From NCBI RefSeq assembly GCF_009914755.1, contig NC_060939.1: DNA of 64,000 nt, one strand, 5' to 3'. Source of the stretch: the human T2T-CHM13v2.0 reference genome, Homo sapiens. The notes under the pieces were generated by a model that ran no database searches, was not told the DNA's origin, and was given only the letters and a program-made list of their open reading frames with translations. Shown here piece by piece: positions 51,832 through 64,000 of the stretch. Each line of letters starts with the position of its first letter. Position 1 is the stretch's first letter. The position numbers and the translations under genes were made by a program.

Positions 51832-53342
51832 TACATAATGGTATTCAACTCTAACAACCACCCTGGGGGATGAGGTTCCAGGAGGAACTAAAGCTTGAAG
51901 AGGTTACATGACTTATCCAACATCCTAGAGCCCATGAGCAGGAGAACTAGGATCAAATCTGCCTGATCTTTACACTCAGGATCTTTCCAATCTGCTTCTC
52001 CATGTTACATCCCAATGCTTGTTGAGTGACTCAATGACTGGAAAGACCATCCACTTTACTAAATCTTCCATATGAACCTTCAAAGATGTGAGGAGGGACT
52101 ACATCCTCCTCAAGATGGATGCCTTCGTCACTCCCATCCAAAAGAAGATACCCTGGTCTGCAACTAACACAGTCTGTCACCAGAAGGGATCCTGAGAAGA
52201 GCCTGCCAGTTAACTCTTGTCAGAGTTAGATCTGGATGCAACAGGCAATGTCCCCAGGGGTACCAGCATCCCTGAGGTCCTGCCCTGGTCACTCTCTGCA
52301 CACAGGTGGGTGCAGCCTCCCTCACCTGCTCATGGGCACTTGCTCACTCCCACCTTCCATCCACATGAGATAAAGCAATCAATGGTACAAATATTTTATC
52401 TACTTCCCCACATGGTTGTCTTATACAAGATGAATGGATCAGTGTAGCCCAGGGAACATGGAGCAGAATTTCTCACTGGACTGACATCAGGAACATTTGT
52501 TCCGGCTTGGAAAATCTAACCAAGTCACAATGCAGCCATTGTACAGAACTGGGTAGCACAGGGTGGTCCCACCACCTCCAGATGTAGGTTGGACAAAGAG
52601 TCCAGAGAGACCATAGACTGTCATCTGTAACTTGTAGGGGTGTGAGCGTGTGCTCTGGGCTCCAATCTAGTTAGTGTTGCTAGCTGGATGACCTTGGCCA
52701 TGTGACCTCAGTTCCATTGTCTCAGTTTCTTCATCTAAAAAGTGGGAATCATAACACCTACCTTGTTCAGCTGTGATTAAATTAAATTAAAGTCACTGAA
52801 TGAAAAGTGCTCAGCACATAGCACCCAATTTGGGTGACGCTCTTCTTCCTATTGTTGTCAGTCATCATCATCACCATTATAAGTACTTCATCCACCAGGA
52901 TAAGAGGATGCCTGAATTTTCTAGGATGGCTCAAAGTTCATATATGGAAACCTGTTGTTCCCACAAGTATCCTCACCTCTGCAGAGCACATGTTCTCATT
53001 TTGGATTCAGAGATCATGATCGCGGAAAGCTGACTATTGCAAGAAGGGCCCTGTTTGCCCCCTAACAGGCAGGTAGATCTTGGAAAAGTCATTGCCTTCT
53101 CTGTAAAATGGAACAAAAAAATCTGGCCAGCTTTCCTCAAAGAAGAGTAAAAAGTTATTTTGAAAAGCCATCAATTTTAATTTTAATCATTTTAATTTTT
53201 CTCATTATTATTAATAATCATGTACCAACCAATCTTCTTGCCTTCTCCTATTAGCTTGCAGTATACCTGTTCTGGGATACAGAGGCCCGATTCTACCTAC
53301 AGACCTGGTGAGAAGAGTGGGGATGGGGAGAGGAAACATAAA

Positions 53343-53474
53343 AGACAAAACCACCCTGTAAATAAAGACAAAGGTAAAATGTCTTTTAAGCCAATATTAA
53401 CAAAGCTCAGACAAAACCACCCTGTAAATAAAGACAAAGGTAAAATGTCTTTTAAGCCAATATTAATAAAGCTC
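53343..53474. repeat. 66-bp tandem duplication (65/66 identical)
   Basis: agacaaaaccaccctgtaaataaagacaaaggtaaaatgtcttttaagccaatattaa(c/t)aaagctc twice. Confidence 0.98.
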
Positions 53475-54080
53475 TCACAAGAGAAAGCCCATTTCCTGAA
53501 GACATGCCAGTTGGTTGACGCCCATGGAGAAAACTGGCTGGTAGCCATGGCAGAATGGGCTCTCAGAACATGGCCAAGTCTTGACCCCCCTTCTTTAACA
53601 AGCTATTCTTGCTGGTTTCTTGTGTTGATAAACTTAACCAACATGGGTCTGCTGATTAGAGGGAGGATGTCTTGCTCCAGACCATTTCTAACCTGCATGC
53701 TATTCATCTCTCATAACCACCATCAACTCAACGTGTTCCAAACAGATGTCACAGACCTCTCCCCCTAACCATTTCCTGCTAAAGGCAGCATTGTTCCCCT
53801 TCTCACCCAAGTTCTGGGCATTTTATTCCACCTTAACACCTCCAACTCTCACACTCAACACATGAAAATCAGCATTGTTTAACATTTTTGTATAGGCTTT
53901 GAAATATATTTCCTCTCCGCTCCCCTTGCCCCCCACCCACATCACCCATCCAGAGCTATTGTAGTTGCCTCCTGTCTTCTTTCTCCACTATTTGCTTCTC
54001 CTCTTCCTCAATCTGTGTCACTTTCAGATTCTCTTTCTTGAAACGCAGATTAAAAATAATTGCCCAAGTATATGTAAATA

Positions 54081-54102
54081 CACACACACACACACACACA
54101 CA
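54081..54102. repeat. (CA)11 microsatellite
   Basis: Perfect run. Confidence 0.95.
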
Positions 54103-57039
54103 AATGCAATGGTCTTCTTTAGTCTACACACTGAGTCTATGCAAATTTAGCTTTATGCACCCAGGAAAAATGAGAAGAGAAATAACCAGGTTTCAAAGGC
54201 TGGTGTTTCTGCCTCGATTTCACTCAATGCGAGCATCCATCAACACCAGTGTAAGAGAGGTGCTGAACCCGCTGTACCCTAGCTGATCTCACTCCTGTGT
54301 TCTTCATAGTGAACACACTTGTGTCCACTCATGAGCGGTTTAAAGAGTTTTCAGAGATCACTTTTTGCCTTGTGACTCTAGTATCCACCTTACTATAGAA
54401 TCAACCTACTGTAAGATTGAAAGGAAATCCATCAGAGTAGGGGGGATTTTTTCCTGGTTGCTGGAACTGAGTGATTTCTTATTCTATCTCCTACTTTTCA
54501 CTATTTCAATTTTCCATTAACAAAGATACTTAAATTTTTTTTGAGCCATTTGAACTTTCTTTAAGATTGTCTTCCTAGACTTTCAGTGACTCCAGTCACT
54601 AACCGGATAAGGTACAGATGCCTCAGCCCAACATTCAAGACCCTCCCCGAGTGAATCCCACAGCTCATCTGTGGCCGCTCATGGCCCCTCCATGCTCCCT
54701 ACCTCCAGGTGATGGGGGATCTTGCACTTCACCCACCCCACTGGGCACTCTGGCTGTGTGCTACACCTTCCGCCTGAAATGTCCTGCCTCACCTCCCTCC
54801 CTATCCAGGTCCTACCTGTACAGCCAGGGACCCCCCTATATAGGCACCATCCTCAAAGTTTTCCTAAAACCCACCCCACCCCACCCCACTGCATCCTCTT
54901 CTATCGCCACCTCACTTGTCACATCCATCTTCCTTTACAGAACAGATGCACTTGTCTAATCTGCTCCCAGACTTGGTTTATTCCTCTGCTGTACCCTCTG
55001 CAATATCTGGCTATGCACAGCACAGATGCTCAAATAATGGAGGAAGTGAAGTGGATTGAATTGGATTGCACTGAATTGGACAGCCCTGGATTAGACTGGC
55101 TTAACTTGGCTTGATTCAATAATTATATTCCTTAAATCAAAGTTTTGGTAAATGTGGCTGTTTTTCTTTTGGCCATTTGCTCATTGGTCATTTGGGCAAT
55201 TGGCCCTCTAGACACTTGGCTGGAAAGGAACCGGCTTCTGACAAGTTAATCCCTCCATGAAGCAACCTCTGAGGAGCTGATTTGCAGTAAACTGAACCAA
55301 AGCAGGCAGTGAGCAGCCAGGAGTTGGGCAGTGGGATGTACCAAGAAAAGGCCCCAGAGGCCTACTGAGGACCCCAGAAAACTCAGCCTCCAGGCCTTCA
55401 GTGACAACATAACATTCTTGCCTTGTGAGAGCTGGGAGAAGCTGGGATCATTCAACCCTAAAGAGTTTTGTGGAGTGATGTCACTACCCCCACACACCCA
55501 GGAACCCATCCCCCAGCCTACAGCTTCCGTCTTGAGGGTCTTGGGCCCACTCATGGGCTGTATCCACAGCAGCAGGGCTGAGGGGGCACCTCCACCCAGA
55601 CCCTCCCCCCAGCCCAGAGCGAAAGTTTGACTAAAGCTCAGTGTCTTCGCTTTTATAAATCTCTGCCTCTTAATGATGGCTTCAAGGCTGAGGGGAGAAG
55701 GGACCATTAAACTCACTGAATAAGTTAATGGGGCAGAGAGAATCTATTTCGGAGCCACCCCAGGCTATTTTCCTCTGGAGCTAAAGCCTGAATAAGCAAA
55801 AAGAAAAAATTAAAACCGTAGAGCACATTGCCAATAAATAACCCCCCCGCCCCCAGTGTAATCTCTCAGTATCCAGGACTTCATTTGCAGAGATATTATA
55901 ATGCAGATCACTTGTGAAACACCTCTGGCTTCACACAGTTCCACCTGCAGTGGTGGCTGGGGGTCTTATTATCTGTCCATATCCTTCCCTCCCTGTGAAG
56001 GCAAGGGAATGGGCTGCTGCCATACAGCCTGCAGGCTCTTTAAGCATCCTGGGGAGAAGTGGCACCCCACGAAAGTTAGCACACTGAAACCACAGTTAGC
56101 ATCCTCGAAAGAGCAAATCCCAAGACCCTCTAATCCCCCAGCTGCAGAGACTCCCCCAAGGACTTCCTAGTTGCCACAGGCCTCCTTAATTTGCAGGCTA
56201 GCCCTACTGTCCTGAAACTCCAAAACTCTCTTCCTTCCACAAAAACCAAATGCAGGGTCTTGGTTTCTTTTGCCTGGAGAGGTCCACCTCTTCAGAAAAC
56301 TGCTCTCCTCTCCTCCCTCTCCTCCTGGTCCTCCTTACTCTCCCTTCCTTCCCTGCCCCCTTCCTCCCTACACCTTGCTCCTCCTCCCCTGACATCCAGT
56401 GCTCCCCCTCCCTGCCTTGTCCAAGAGAATCTCTACTCCCTCTGGCCTCCCTAGAACAAAGCCAGAAACATGGCTCTCAGGGCTGTGAAAACAAATCATT
56501 AAATAAGTGAGAACTGTTGGTAAATGTTGAGTCCCACTAGACATGCGTTGTTTCCTCTTTAATATTTAAACATGTTAATTAAATCTCCGAATAAACAAAT
56601 ATATTTTAGCAAGTGCCATTCCTGAGCTGGAGTCCCTTTCTGCCACCATGCACCTCGATGCCTCTCGGGTGGGACCAAGCCTTCTTCTCATGGCAAAGGA
56701 GGTCCACAGTCACCGTCCTGTGCCAGGCCAGCCTGCCAGGCAGCCTGGACCTTCAGTCAGGAGACGATGGACAGCACCCTAGTCCAATCACATCTGCCCC
56801 TCTCAGGATCCAAGGTTGTCTCTCATCGCCCCCCGCTCGACCTTCAAAAAGCTCCCATAGCCTACACATCTCCAGACTGCACTCTCTTCCTTCATTCATT
56901 CATTCTCCTTCATTGATTGATGCATGCATCAGCCCTGCATTTATATAGCAAGGCATATGCTAAACACTGGAAAGACAAAGATAAGCTGGACCAAACACCA
57001 GCCATCATTATAAGAAGCCCATATTCCTTGGGCCTGCAC

Positions 57040-57890
57040 AGTCTCTCCCCTCTCGACTTCCCCAGCCAGAATGAACTTTCTTCAGCTTCTTAAAGACACC
57101 ATTGCTTCAGGGGCCCTCCTCACGCTGCTCCCTCCTCTAGACTAGCTCTCCATCGCCTCTGCCCTCGCCATGTTGCTAGTGCCTGCTCATCCCTCCAGTT
57201 CCAGCTCAGTTGCCCCTTCCTCTGGGGAGCTTCTCTGCATGCCCAGCCTGGATTAAGCACCCCCTCACAGAAATCTGTACAACCTTGTGCTTCTTTCTCC
57301 AACACATTTATTACACCCATCACTTCAGCTGTAAGTCGAATCATCTCTTGTTTAAAAGGAAAACCCTCTGGGACTTCCTATTTTGCTAGGACTAAAATCT
57401 AACCCCTTCCCACAGCCTGCATGACCCTGCTTGATCTAGTCCCTGCAGACCTCTCCAACCTCCCACTCCCACCAGCGCACCCTACTCAGCCCTGCTCCCA
57501 GGGCCTCCTATCCAGCCCCCGACACACTTCCAGCCCCTTCCAACCTGAGAGGCGTTGCACTGGCTACGCCCTGGGCCTGGAAACTTCTGGCTCCAGTTCT
57601 CATGAAGCTCTGACTGTCTGTCACTGACAGATCGAAGCTGGACAATCCATTCTCCGAGAGCCCAGACGCCCTACCCTTACACAAAGGCAGCCTCCTCACC
57701 TCCCCATCATGCCTCATAACAGAGCACTCTGTTGAGTACCTTCACGGAACTTCTTACTCCTGATATGATTGTACTGATTTCTTTGCTTGCATATCAACGG
57801 ATGGCCTCTATCCACTGAATTGTAAGGTCCCAGGCCAGAAACGTTGTGTCTTGCACATCACAGAATCACCAACATGAATGAGTAAGGCCT
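57040..57890 (+). mobile_element. LINE L2 3' fragments
   Basis: ctaaaatctaaccccttcc...gcatgaccctgcttgatctagtccctgcagacctctccaacctc...actgaattgtaaggtccc. Confidence 0.65.
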
Positions 57891-58853
57891 GTGTCGCTGT
57901 CTACCCTACCCACAATAGCCTCCAGGCTCTGAGCTGGCAGGCTGGGCTGGTCGCTGGACCCACGCAGTCAGTACCCTGCCGCAGACAGTGGACACTCACT
58001 GGTCTCGGCCTTCCCGGAACCCACATCTGAGCACTCAGCAAGCAGGACTCGCAGCTAAACCATTGTGGGAGAGAGACACAAGCCCAGGGGAGTTGCCTTT
58101 CTGGTGGGACCAGGCCCTCTTCGAGTGGCATTCATCTATCCCTTGCACATGAGACTCAGCCTGGGCCCCTGGGAGGAGCAGCACAACTGGGGTGGATGGA
58201 GAACCCCAAGGAAACGACCCAGCCCTGCTAAAGAGCACCAAATGCCCACCAGGCCCTGGCTTCCACAGTGTCACAGAGAAGAAGGGAGCTCTGAGAGGAC
58301 CCTAGGGGGATGTCCTTGGGCTGAGGACCCCAGAAGGTGCCCTTGAGAAGTCAGTCATCTGTTTTCTGCCTGCTTCACTCCTCTGCAAAAAGCAGCAAGA
58401 AGCTGTGCACCACAACAGGAACCCCCCTGGGGCTTTGAGTCAAACAGGATCCCAGCTCTGCCACCTACCAGTTGGATGACCTTGAACAAGTGATGCCACC
58501 CTTCTTCCCCTCAATTTCTTCCTCTGCAAGGCAAAGATACAAGGTCCTGTTTCGATGAGTCACATAAATGTGTCTCTCCTAACCCAGATTAATCAAAAAC
58601 AGTCCTAGAGTGTAAACTGTTACAACCACTTCGGAAAAAGGTCAGGCAGTATCTTATAAAGTTAAACATAAATTTATCAGACATCCCAGAAATTTCACTC
58701 CTGGGGAATGACCCAAGAGAAATGAAAGCCTACGTTCACAAAAAGGCTTGTACAAGAATGTTCATAGCAGATTTATCCATAATACTCCAAAACTAGAAAC
58801 AACCAAAAACAAGAGAACAGATAAATTCAGGTTACCCATACAATGTAATATCA

Positions 58854-59149
<296 letters not shown>

Positions 59150-59182
59150 TTGTAAAAAAGAAAAGAGAAGAAAAATACCAAC

Positions 59183-59400
59183 ACGGGAGCTAAGCTATGA
59201 AGTTGCAAAGACATACAGAGGGATATAATGGACTTTGGAGACTCAGAAGGGGAAGGACGGAAGGGAGGAAGGGATTAAAAAAAAAAAAAACTACATATTG
59301 GGTACAAATCTCTACAAGTTCACACTATAAATTCGCCCATGAAACCAAAAACAACTTGTACTCCAAAAGCTACCAAAATTAAAAAAAAAAAAAACAAAAA
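59183..59400 (+). mobile_element. L1PB-type 3' end
   Basis: gggagctaagctatga...gatataatggactttggagactcag...ctacatattgggtaca. Confidence 0.8.
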
Positions 59401-60488
59401 ACACTACTCTCAAAAGTAGATAACAAAAAGAAAAGAAAAGAAAAATCTCCCAAACAGTGGCTCCCCCTGGGGAGGCAATGGCAGATGCTGACTGGGAAGA
59501 ATGTGGGGAACTTTCTGGGGGATGGTAATGTTCTGTCTCTCACTGGGTTTGGGTCCCACAGGCGTGCGCATCTGTCAAAACTCAGAGAATGCACACTTAA
59601 GAGTAACGCATTTCATTAAATATAAATATTAGCTCAAAAAGTGAAAAAGAATCGAAGTCTAATTTTATGACATACATGCTGAAGTATGTAGAGGGAGCAT
59701 GCCAACATCTAAAATTTACTCTGAAATGCATCAGAAAAATAGGATGGGTTAAGGAGTGGATAGAGGGCTGGACAGATGGATAGAGGATGTGATAAAGAAG
59801 TAGAGTGCCATATTAATTGCAGAGTCTAGGGCGTAGTTTTATGGATGTTCACAGCAAAATTTTCAACTTCTCTGTATGTTTGAGGATTTGCATAATAAAA
59901 TGATGGGATGGGAGGGATCCTATGTATTTACATGTCCCAAAGAAAACAATTCCATAGCCCTATTTTGTGACCCATTGTTTTGGGAAGTTCTTTCTTACTG
60001 CTAAACCACATCCCCAGAGCTGAAGGTCCCAGCCCGTTGTCATTGTGTGGGGGTGGAGGGATGCCTAACATGGTTACTGACACAAGTGTGGTGCTCACTG
60101 GTAGCTGTTGAAATAATTAGTTAATTAATTCATAAGAGAGCTAGAAATCATGCACTTTATATATGAGTTGTTTTGCTTATTTACACCTGAGATCTAAATT
60201 TAAAACACAGAACTGTCCTGTGGACCCTTCTCAGATGTTGCACTTGCTTGCGTGTGTCCTTCCCTTTATCCACCTCTATTCCACCTAAGACTGTGCAACT
60301 TCTTCCACAGGGCTCTCTTGCTTACATGACCGACTAAGCAGACACTTTGGGCATTCGCAACAAGACACACCAAAATAAAATGAGAAAAAAAAAATCAGCC
60401 TTGATGAACTTCCACAGAATTCTGCACTCAGAAAATCTAAAAATGGTGCTTTAAATTTCATCAGGTATGCATTTTTTTGTTTTATGAT

Positions 60489-60880
60489 TGTTATAATATT
60501 TTTGTGTTCCCCTCAAAATTCCTTTGTTGAAGTCCTAACCCCCAGTACCTCGGAATGTAACTGTATTTGGAGATAGGGTCTTTAAAGAAGTAATTAAGTT
60601 TAAATGAGGTGATTGGGGTAGCCCTAATTCAAAATGACTGGTGTCCTTATAAGAAGAGGAGATTAGGACACAGGCACACACACACACAGAGAAGACCATG
60701 TAAAGATACAGTGAGAAGGCGACCGTCTGCAAGCCATGGAGGGAGGCCTCAGAAGAAACCAACCCTGCCAACACCTTCATCTTGGACTTCCAGCCTCCGG
60801 AACCATAAAAAACAAACATATGCTTTTTAAGCCACCCAGTCTGTGAGACCTTCTTATGGCAGCCCCAGCCAAGAAATATG
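60489..60880 (+). mobile_element. MLT1A0-like MaLR solo LTR
   Basis: tgttgaagtcctaacccccagtacctcggaatgtaactgtatttggagatagggtctttaaag...cagaagaaaccaaccctgccaacaccttcatcttggacttccagcctcc. Confidence 0.92.
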
Positions 60881-61474
60881 AGGATTTTAATATTGTTTTT
60901 ATTTTAAATCATAAATCTAGTGGGTATAATAATCTTTTTATCGCTTAGGGCTTCTAAAGTTTCATTATAATAAAGAAAAAACAAAGGATCTTGTATTGAA
61001 TATTTTATCTACTCATCACCTGGAATTAATACACATTGCCATTGGGTCAAATGCCAAGATCTTTAAAAAAAGACAGAATATAAACATTACAGGTAAAGTT
61101 AAGAGCCCTGTACATACCCTTCTTTTCCTCTCTCCCTCTCTCCCTAGAGGCCAAGACTGTCACGAAATTGGTTTGTATTCAGCCCACGATTTTATCTTTC
61201 TGTCTATAAACAACGTATTATATCAGTCATTGTGATGTTTAACGTGTATATATGGTATGTCACTCTGCAACTTATTATATTTTTCACCAGCATTATGTTT
61301 TCAAAATATAGCCATGTTACCACACAGAGAACAAGGTTTTCACTGAAACTGCTGTACAGGATTTCATCATCTCACTATGCCGTGATTCAGCTCTTGATTC
61401 AAATGCCTCCTGATAACATTTCAGCTTGTTTCCAGTTGTTTTGCTCTTGCACACACTTCTGCAATAAACATGGG

Positions 61475-61690
61475 AACATGGGCTCTGGAGTCAGCCTGGG
61501 CTGGAATCCTCACTGTTATTTACCGCTGTGGCCTTAGACAAGCTCTTGCATCTTTTGGTCTCCATTTCCTCATCTGTCAGACGAGAGCAGTTCTCCACTC
61601 AGACAGTGGCTGTGCGGATTAAATGAGTGACTATATACACTGCCAGGCCTGAATACAGTGCTTAACACACAGCAGCTGCTAGCACTATGA
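61475..61690 (+). mobile_element. MIR SINE
   Basis: atgggctctggagtcagcctgggctggaatcct...tttcctcatctgt...ggattaaatgagt. Confidence 0.8.
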
Positions 61691-62467
61691 GCTCCAGGAA
61701 GTGGAAAGATAAAATAATCCACAAACATGGGTCTGGGCAACAAAGAACCTCTCAAAGGTGGGACTGGAGTGACAGGGAGGGCCCAGATAAGCAAACTGGA
61801 GGCCAGAAGCCCTCCAGGCAGGGGAAGTGGCCGGATCACGAGACTGAGAGTGAACAATGCTGAGAATGTTTGAGGAATGAACAGCAGATCAGCTCACTGG
61901 GGCAGAGGATTCCCATGGGGAATAACGAGAGGCAGGACTCCAAAGAGGAGCTGCAGCCTGAACATGAACAGCTCTGAGTGCCACAGAGAGAAGTCTCAAC
62001 TACACCTTGGGGGCAAGTGGGAGCCAAGTAAGGTTCTTGAGGCGCAGTCACACAATGACTTACTCTACCTCCCAGATCATTTTTACAAATCCACTTGAGT
62101 CTGGAATGGCATTCTGTAACAAGTGTGTTTTCATCTCTCAACTACAGGTTGGATCACGCAGGTCAAGGCAGGTTCAGGTCAAGTCCAGCCCTTAGGGAAA
62201 GGTCAGCATGGGGCCAAAGTCAGGAGAGAACCAGGCACCACATCAGGGGTGCAGAGAGAAGAGGGGAGAGAGAAACAGACAGAGAACCAAGCACCAGGAC
62301 AAGGCCTGGCAGAATGTGCTTGGGAGTGGGCTGGTATTCTTCAAGAATGGAAGGATGCAGGCTTTTTGCAGTCTAGGAAATCTTATTCATAAAAATGTTA
62401 TGCAGAATACCACCCCGCCTCTGATCTCACTCCAGGGAGTACAGTGTGAAAGCCATCAATATCAACA

Positions 62468-62612
62468 GTCACTCTCAAAGTGTGGTCCTGGACTCGATGC
62501 GAATTCTCAGGCCTGACAGCCAAACTTCGGAATCAGAAACTCTGGGGTGGGGCCCAGCGGTCGGTGTTTTAACAGCCCTCGGTGATGCGCATGCACGCCA
62601 AAGCTTAATAAC
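62468..62612. mobile_element. MER5A-like DNA transposon
   Basis: ctctcaaagtgtggtcctggac...gaatcagaaactctggggtggggcccagc...tgttttaacagccctcggtgat. Confidence 0.8.
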
Positions 62613-62633
62613 TCACAGGGTCTGGTCTCCAGA

Positions 62634-62686
62634 ACACACATATACACACACAGCGACACACACAGACACACACACACACACACACA
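62634..62686. repeat. Imperfect (CA)n tract, UG-rich in the pre-mRNA
   Basis: acacacatatacacacacagcgacacacacagacacacacacacacacaca. Confidence 0.9.
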
Positions 62687-64000
62687 GGAACAAGGTTCCC
62701 ACGCACCTGTGTGCAGGAGCACAGCCCCCCTCCCCTCCCCCACAGGATTGCCCCCAGAGAAACCCAGGGCTGCTGCATCTGTATGGCTCCCCTACTTTCC
62801 CATCCCGTCCCCAGCCACCGCCATAGAAACATCACAAGTCAGAGCTGGAAGGGATCTCAAAGATCACCTAGTCCAGCCCCCTGATTTTAAATATAAGAAA
62901 ACTGAGACCTTAGAGACAACAATGCCCGATCCCGACACACCCGATAAACTGTGGCAGTGATGGGACACAGGCCAGCCCCATCCTGCCCTGACGCAGGGGA
63001 CATTCTGTGAGGATGTGGCCAAAAACACCTGTGTCCATGAAACTCAAGGATCTCAAACTCCACTGAGTCCCAAGGGCCCCTTCTACCCCACCCTCCTTAC
63101 CACCAAAACAGCACGTCATGTGTCCTGTCGGCCCAAGGGTGCCTGCTTACTGTGGAGGAGGCTGGGGCTGGCAGGAAATGGAAAGGGGTCTGTAATACAG
63201 GGCTGCCCCCCTGGCTCTGGAGACAAACCTCAGCTCTGCCACTTCCTAGCAGAACCACCTAGGGCAAGCTACTTAGCCACCCTGTGCCTCAGTTTTCTCC
63301 CCTGTAAAATGAGGATGATCGTGGGACCTGCCATGTCACTGTGCTGAGAATGGAAGCGGGTTAAAATAAAAGTCCCCTTAAAGGAGCCCCCAGAGCAGTC
63401 ATCACACAGCATTTGCTGTCACTGTGATGAGCTCAGTTTTCTCTAGAAGATTCCTCCAACGGGCTGCCCTGCTGAGGGCAAAGCCCGAGGCCCACAAAGG
63501 TGTGGAGAGCAATGAGAATGGTGTGCCCAGCATTCTGCATGGAGGCATGTGTGCCCTCAGCAAGCTGGGAGGGTTGCTGTGGGCCTGGGGGACATTCTGG
63601 TGCAGGAAATGAGCCTGTTCCAGTCCACAGGTCTTTACTGAACACCTACTAGGTGGGGGCTCTTGGGGACAGAGCTGAATAAGCCTCAATGCCAGCCTTC
63701 AGGAGCTCACCACACAGTGAGGAAACAGGAACATTAACAAGCTAATGCCATATAGGACACATCGTGGGGCTCCCGAGGGTGTCAGCTGGACTGAGACACT
63801 AGCTGTGCCGCCCTCTTCTGTTCAGTGACCTCCTGGGCAGGTAAGAACATAGAGGGCAGTAGAGGGCAGCAGGGTGGGGCCTCAAGGTCAGAGCATGCCT
63901 GCCCAGACAGCAGGCAACAGCAGTCCTGAGTGAGTGACAGAAGGAGGGCAGGGGGATGTCAGTCACCTGGATGGGAGACACAGCCTGCAGCTCAGGGATG

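Noticed and set aside
53220-53768. 182-aa ORF with an internal 22-aa repeat
   Set aside because: The repeat is just the 66-bp DNA duplication; antisense to NTRK3, with no splice or domain support.
54081-54190. (UG)11 with an upstream pyrimidine tract as a third cryptic exon
   Set aside because: The AG is far from the tract and there is no credible donor.
56300-56410. CT-rich tract as H-DNA
   Set aside because: Interrupted, with no clear mirror symmetry; ordinary low complexity.

Overview
This is human (primate) genomic DNA from inside NTRK3 (TrkC, the neurotrophin-3 receptor), which is transcribed on the minus strand. Two short leucine-rich-repeat coding exons are present: 6845-6919 (75 nt, HIENWRSLHTLNAVDMELYTGLQK) and 6038-6109 (72 nt, TIKNSGLRSIQPRAFAKNPHLRY). 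Both have canonical splice sites, and the ORF track misses both in their true frame. Everything else is intron. Positions 6920-64000 are the 3' ~57 kb of the large intron that follows the signal-peptide exon, which lies beyond the right edge of the window. The intron is filled with MIR, L2, L1, Alu, MaLR/ERVL LTRs and hAT DNA transposons, many nested and with readable target-site duplications (TSDs). None of the listed ORFs is a credible protein, and I find no new protein-coding system. The best leads are a possible hidden splicing layer and some cis-regulatory candidates. Splicing leads: a 9-nt frame-preserving microexon signature at 19138-19146, two UG-repeat-linked cryptic poison-exon architectures of TDP-43 type, an Alu/MIR chimeric poison exon, and a strong-Kozak internal Met99. 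Regulatory leads: a near-perfect SOX-POU composite with an octamer cluster at ~38.25-38.47 kb, a CTCF core, an intact DUX4 site in a THE1 LTR, and RE1-like sites. All of these are motif-level inferences that need RNA-seq, ChIP or conservation checks. Repeat subfamily names come from recalled consensus sequences, and boundaries of old repeats are approximate.
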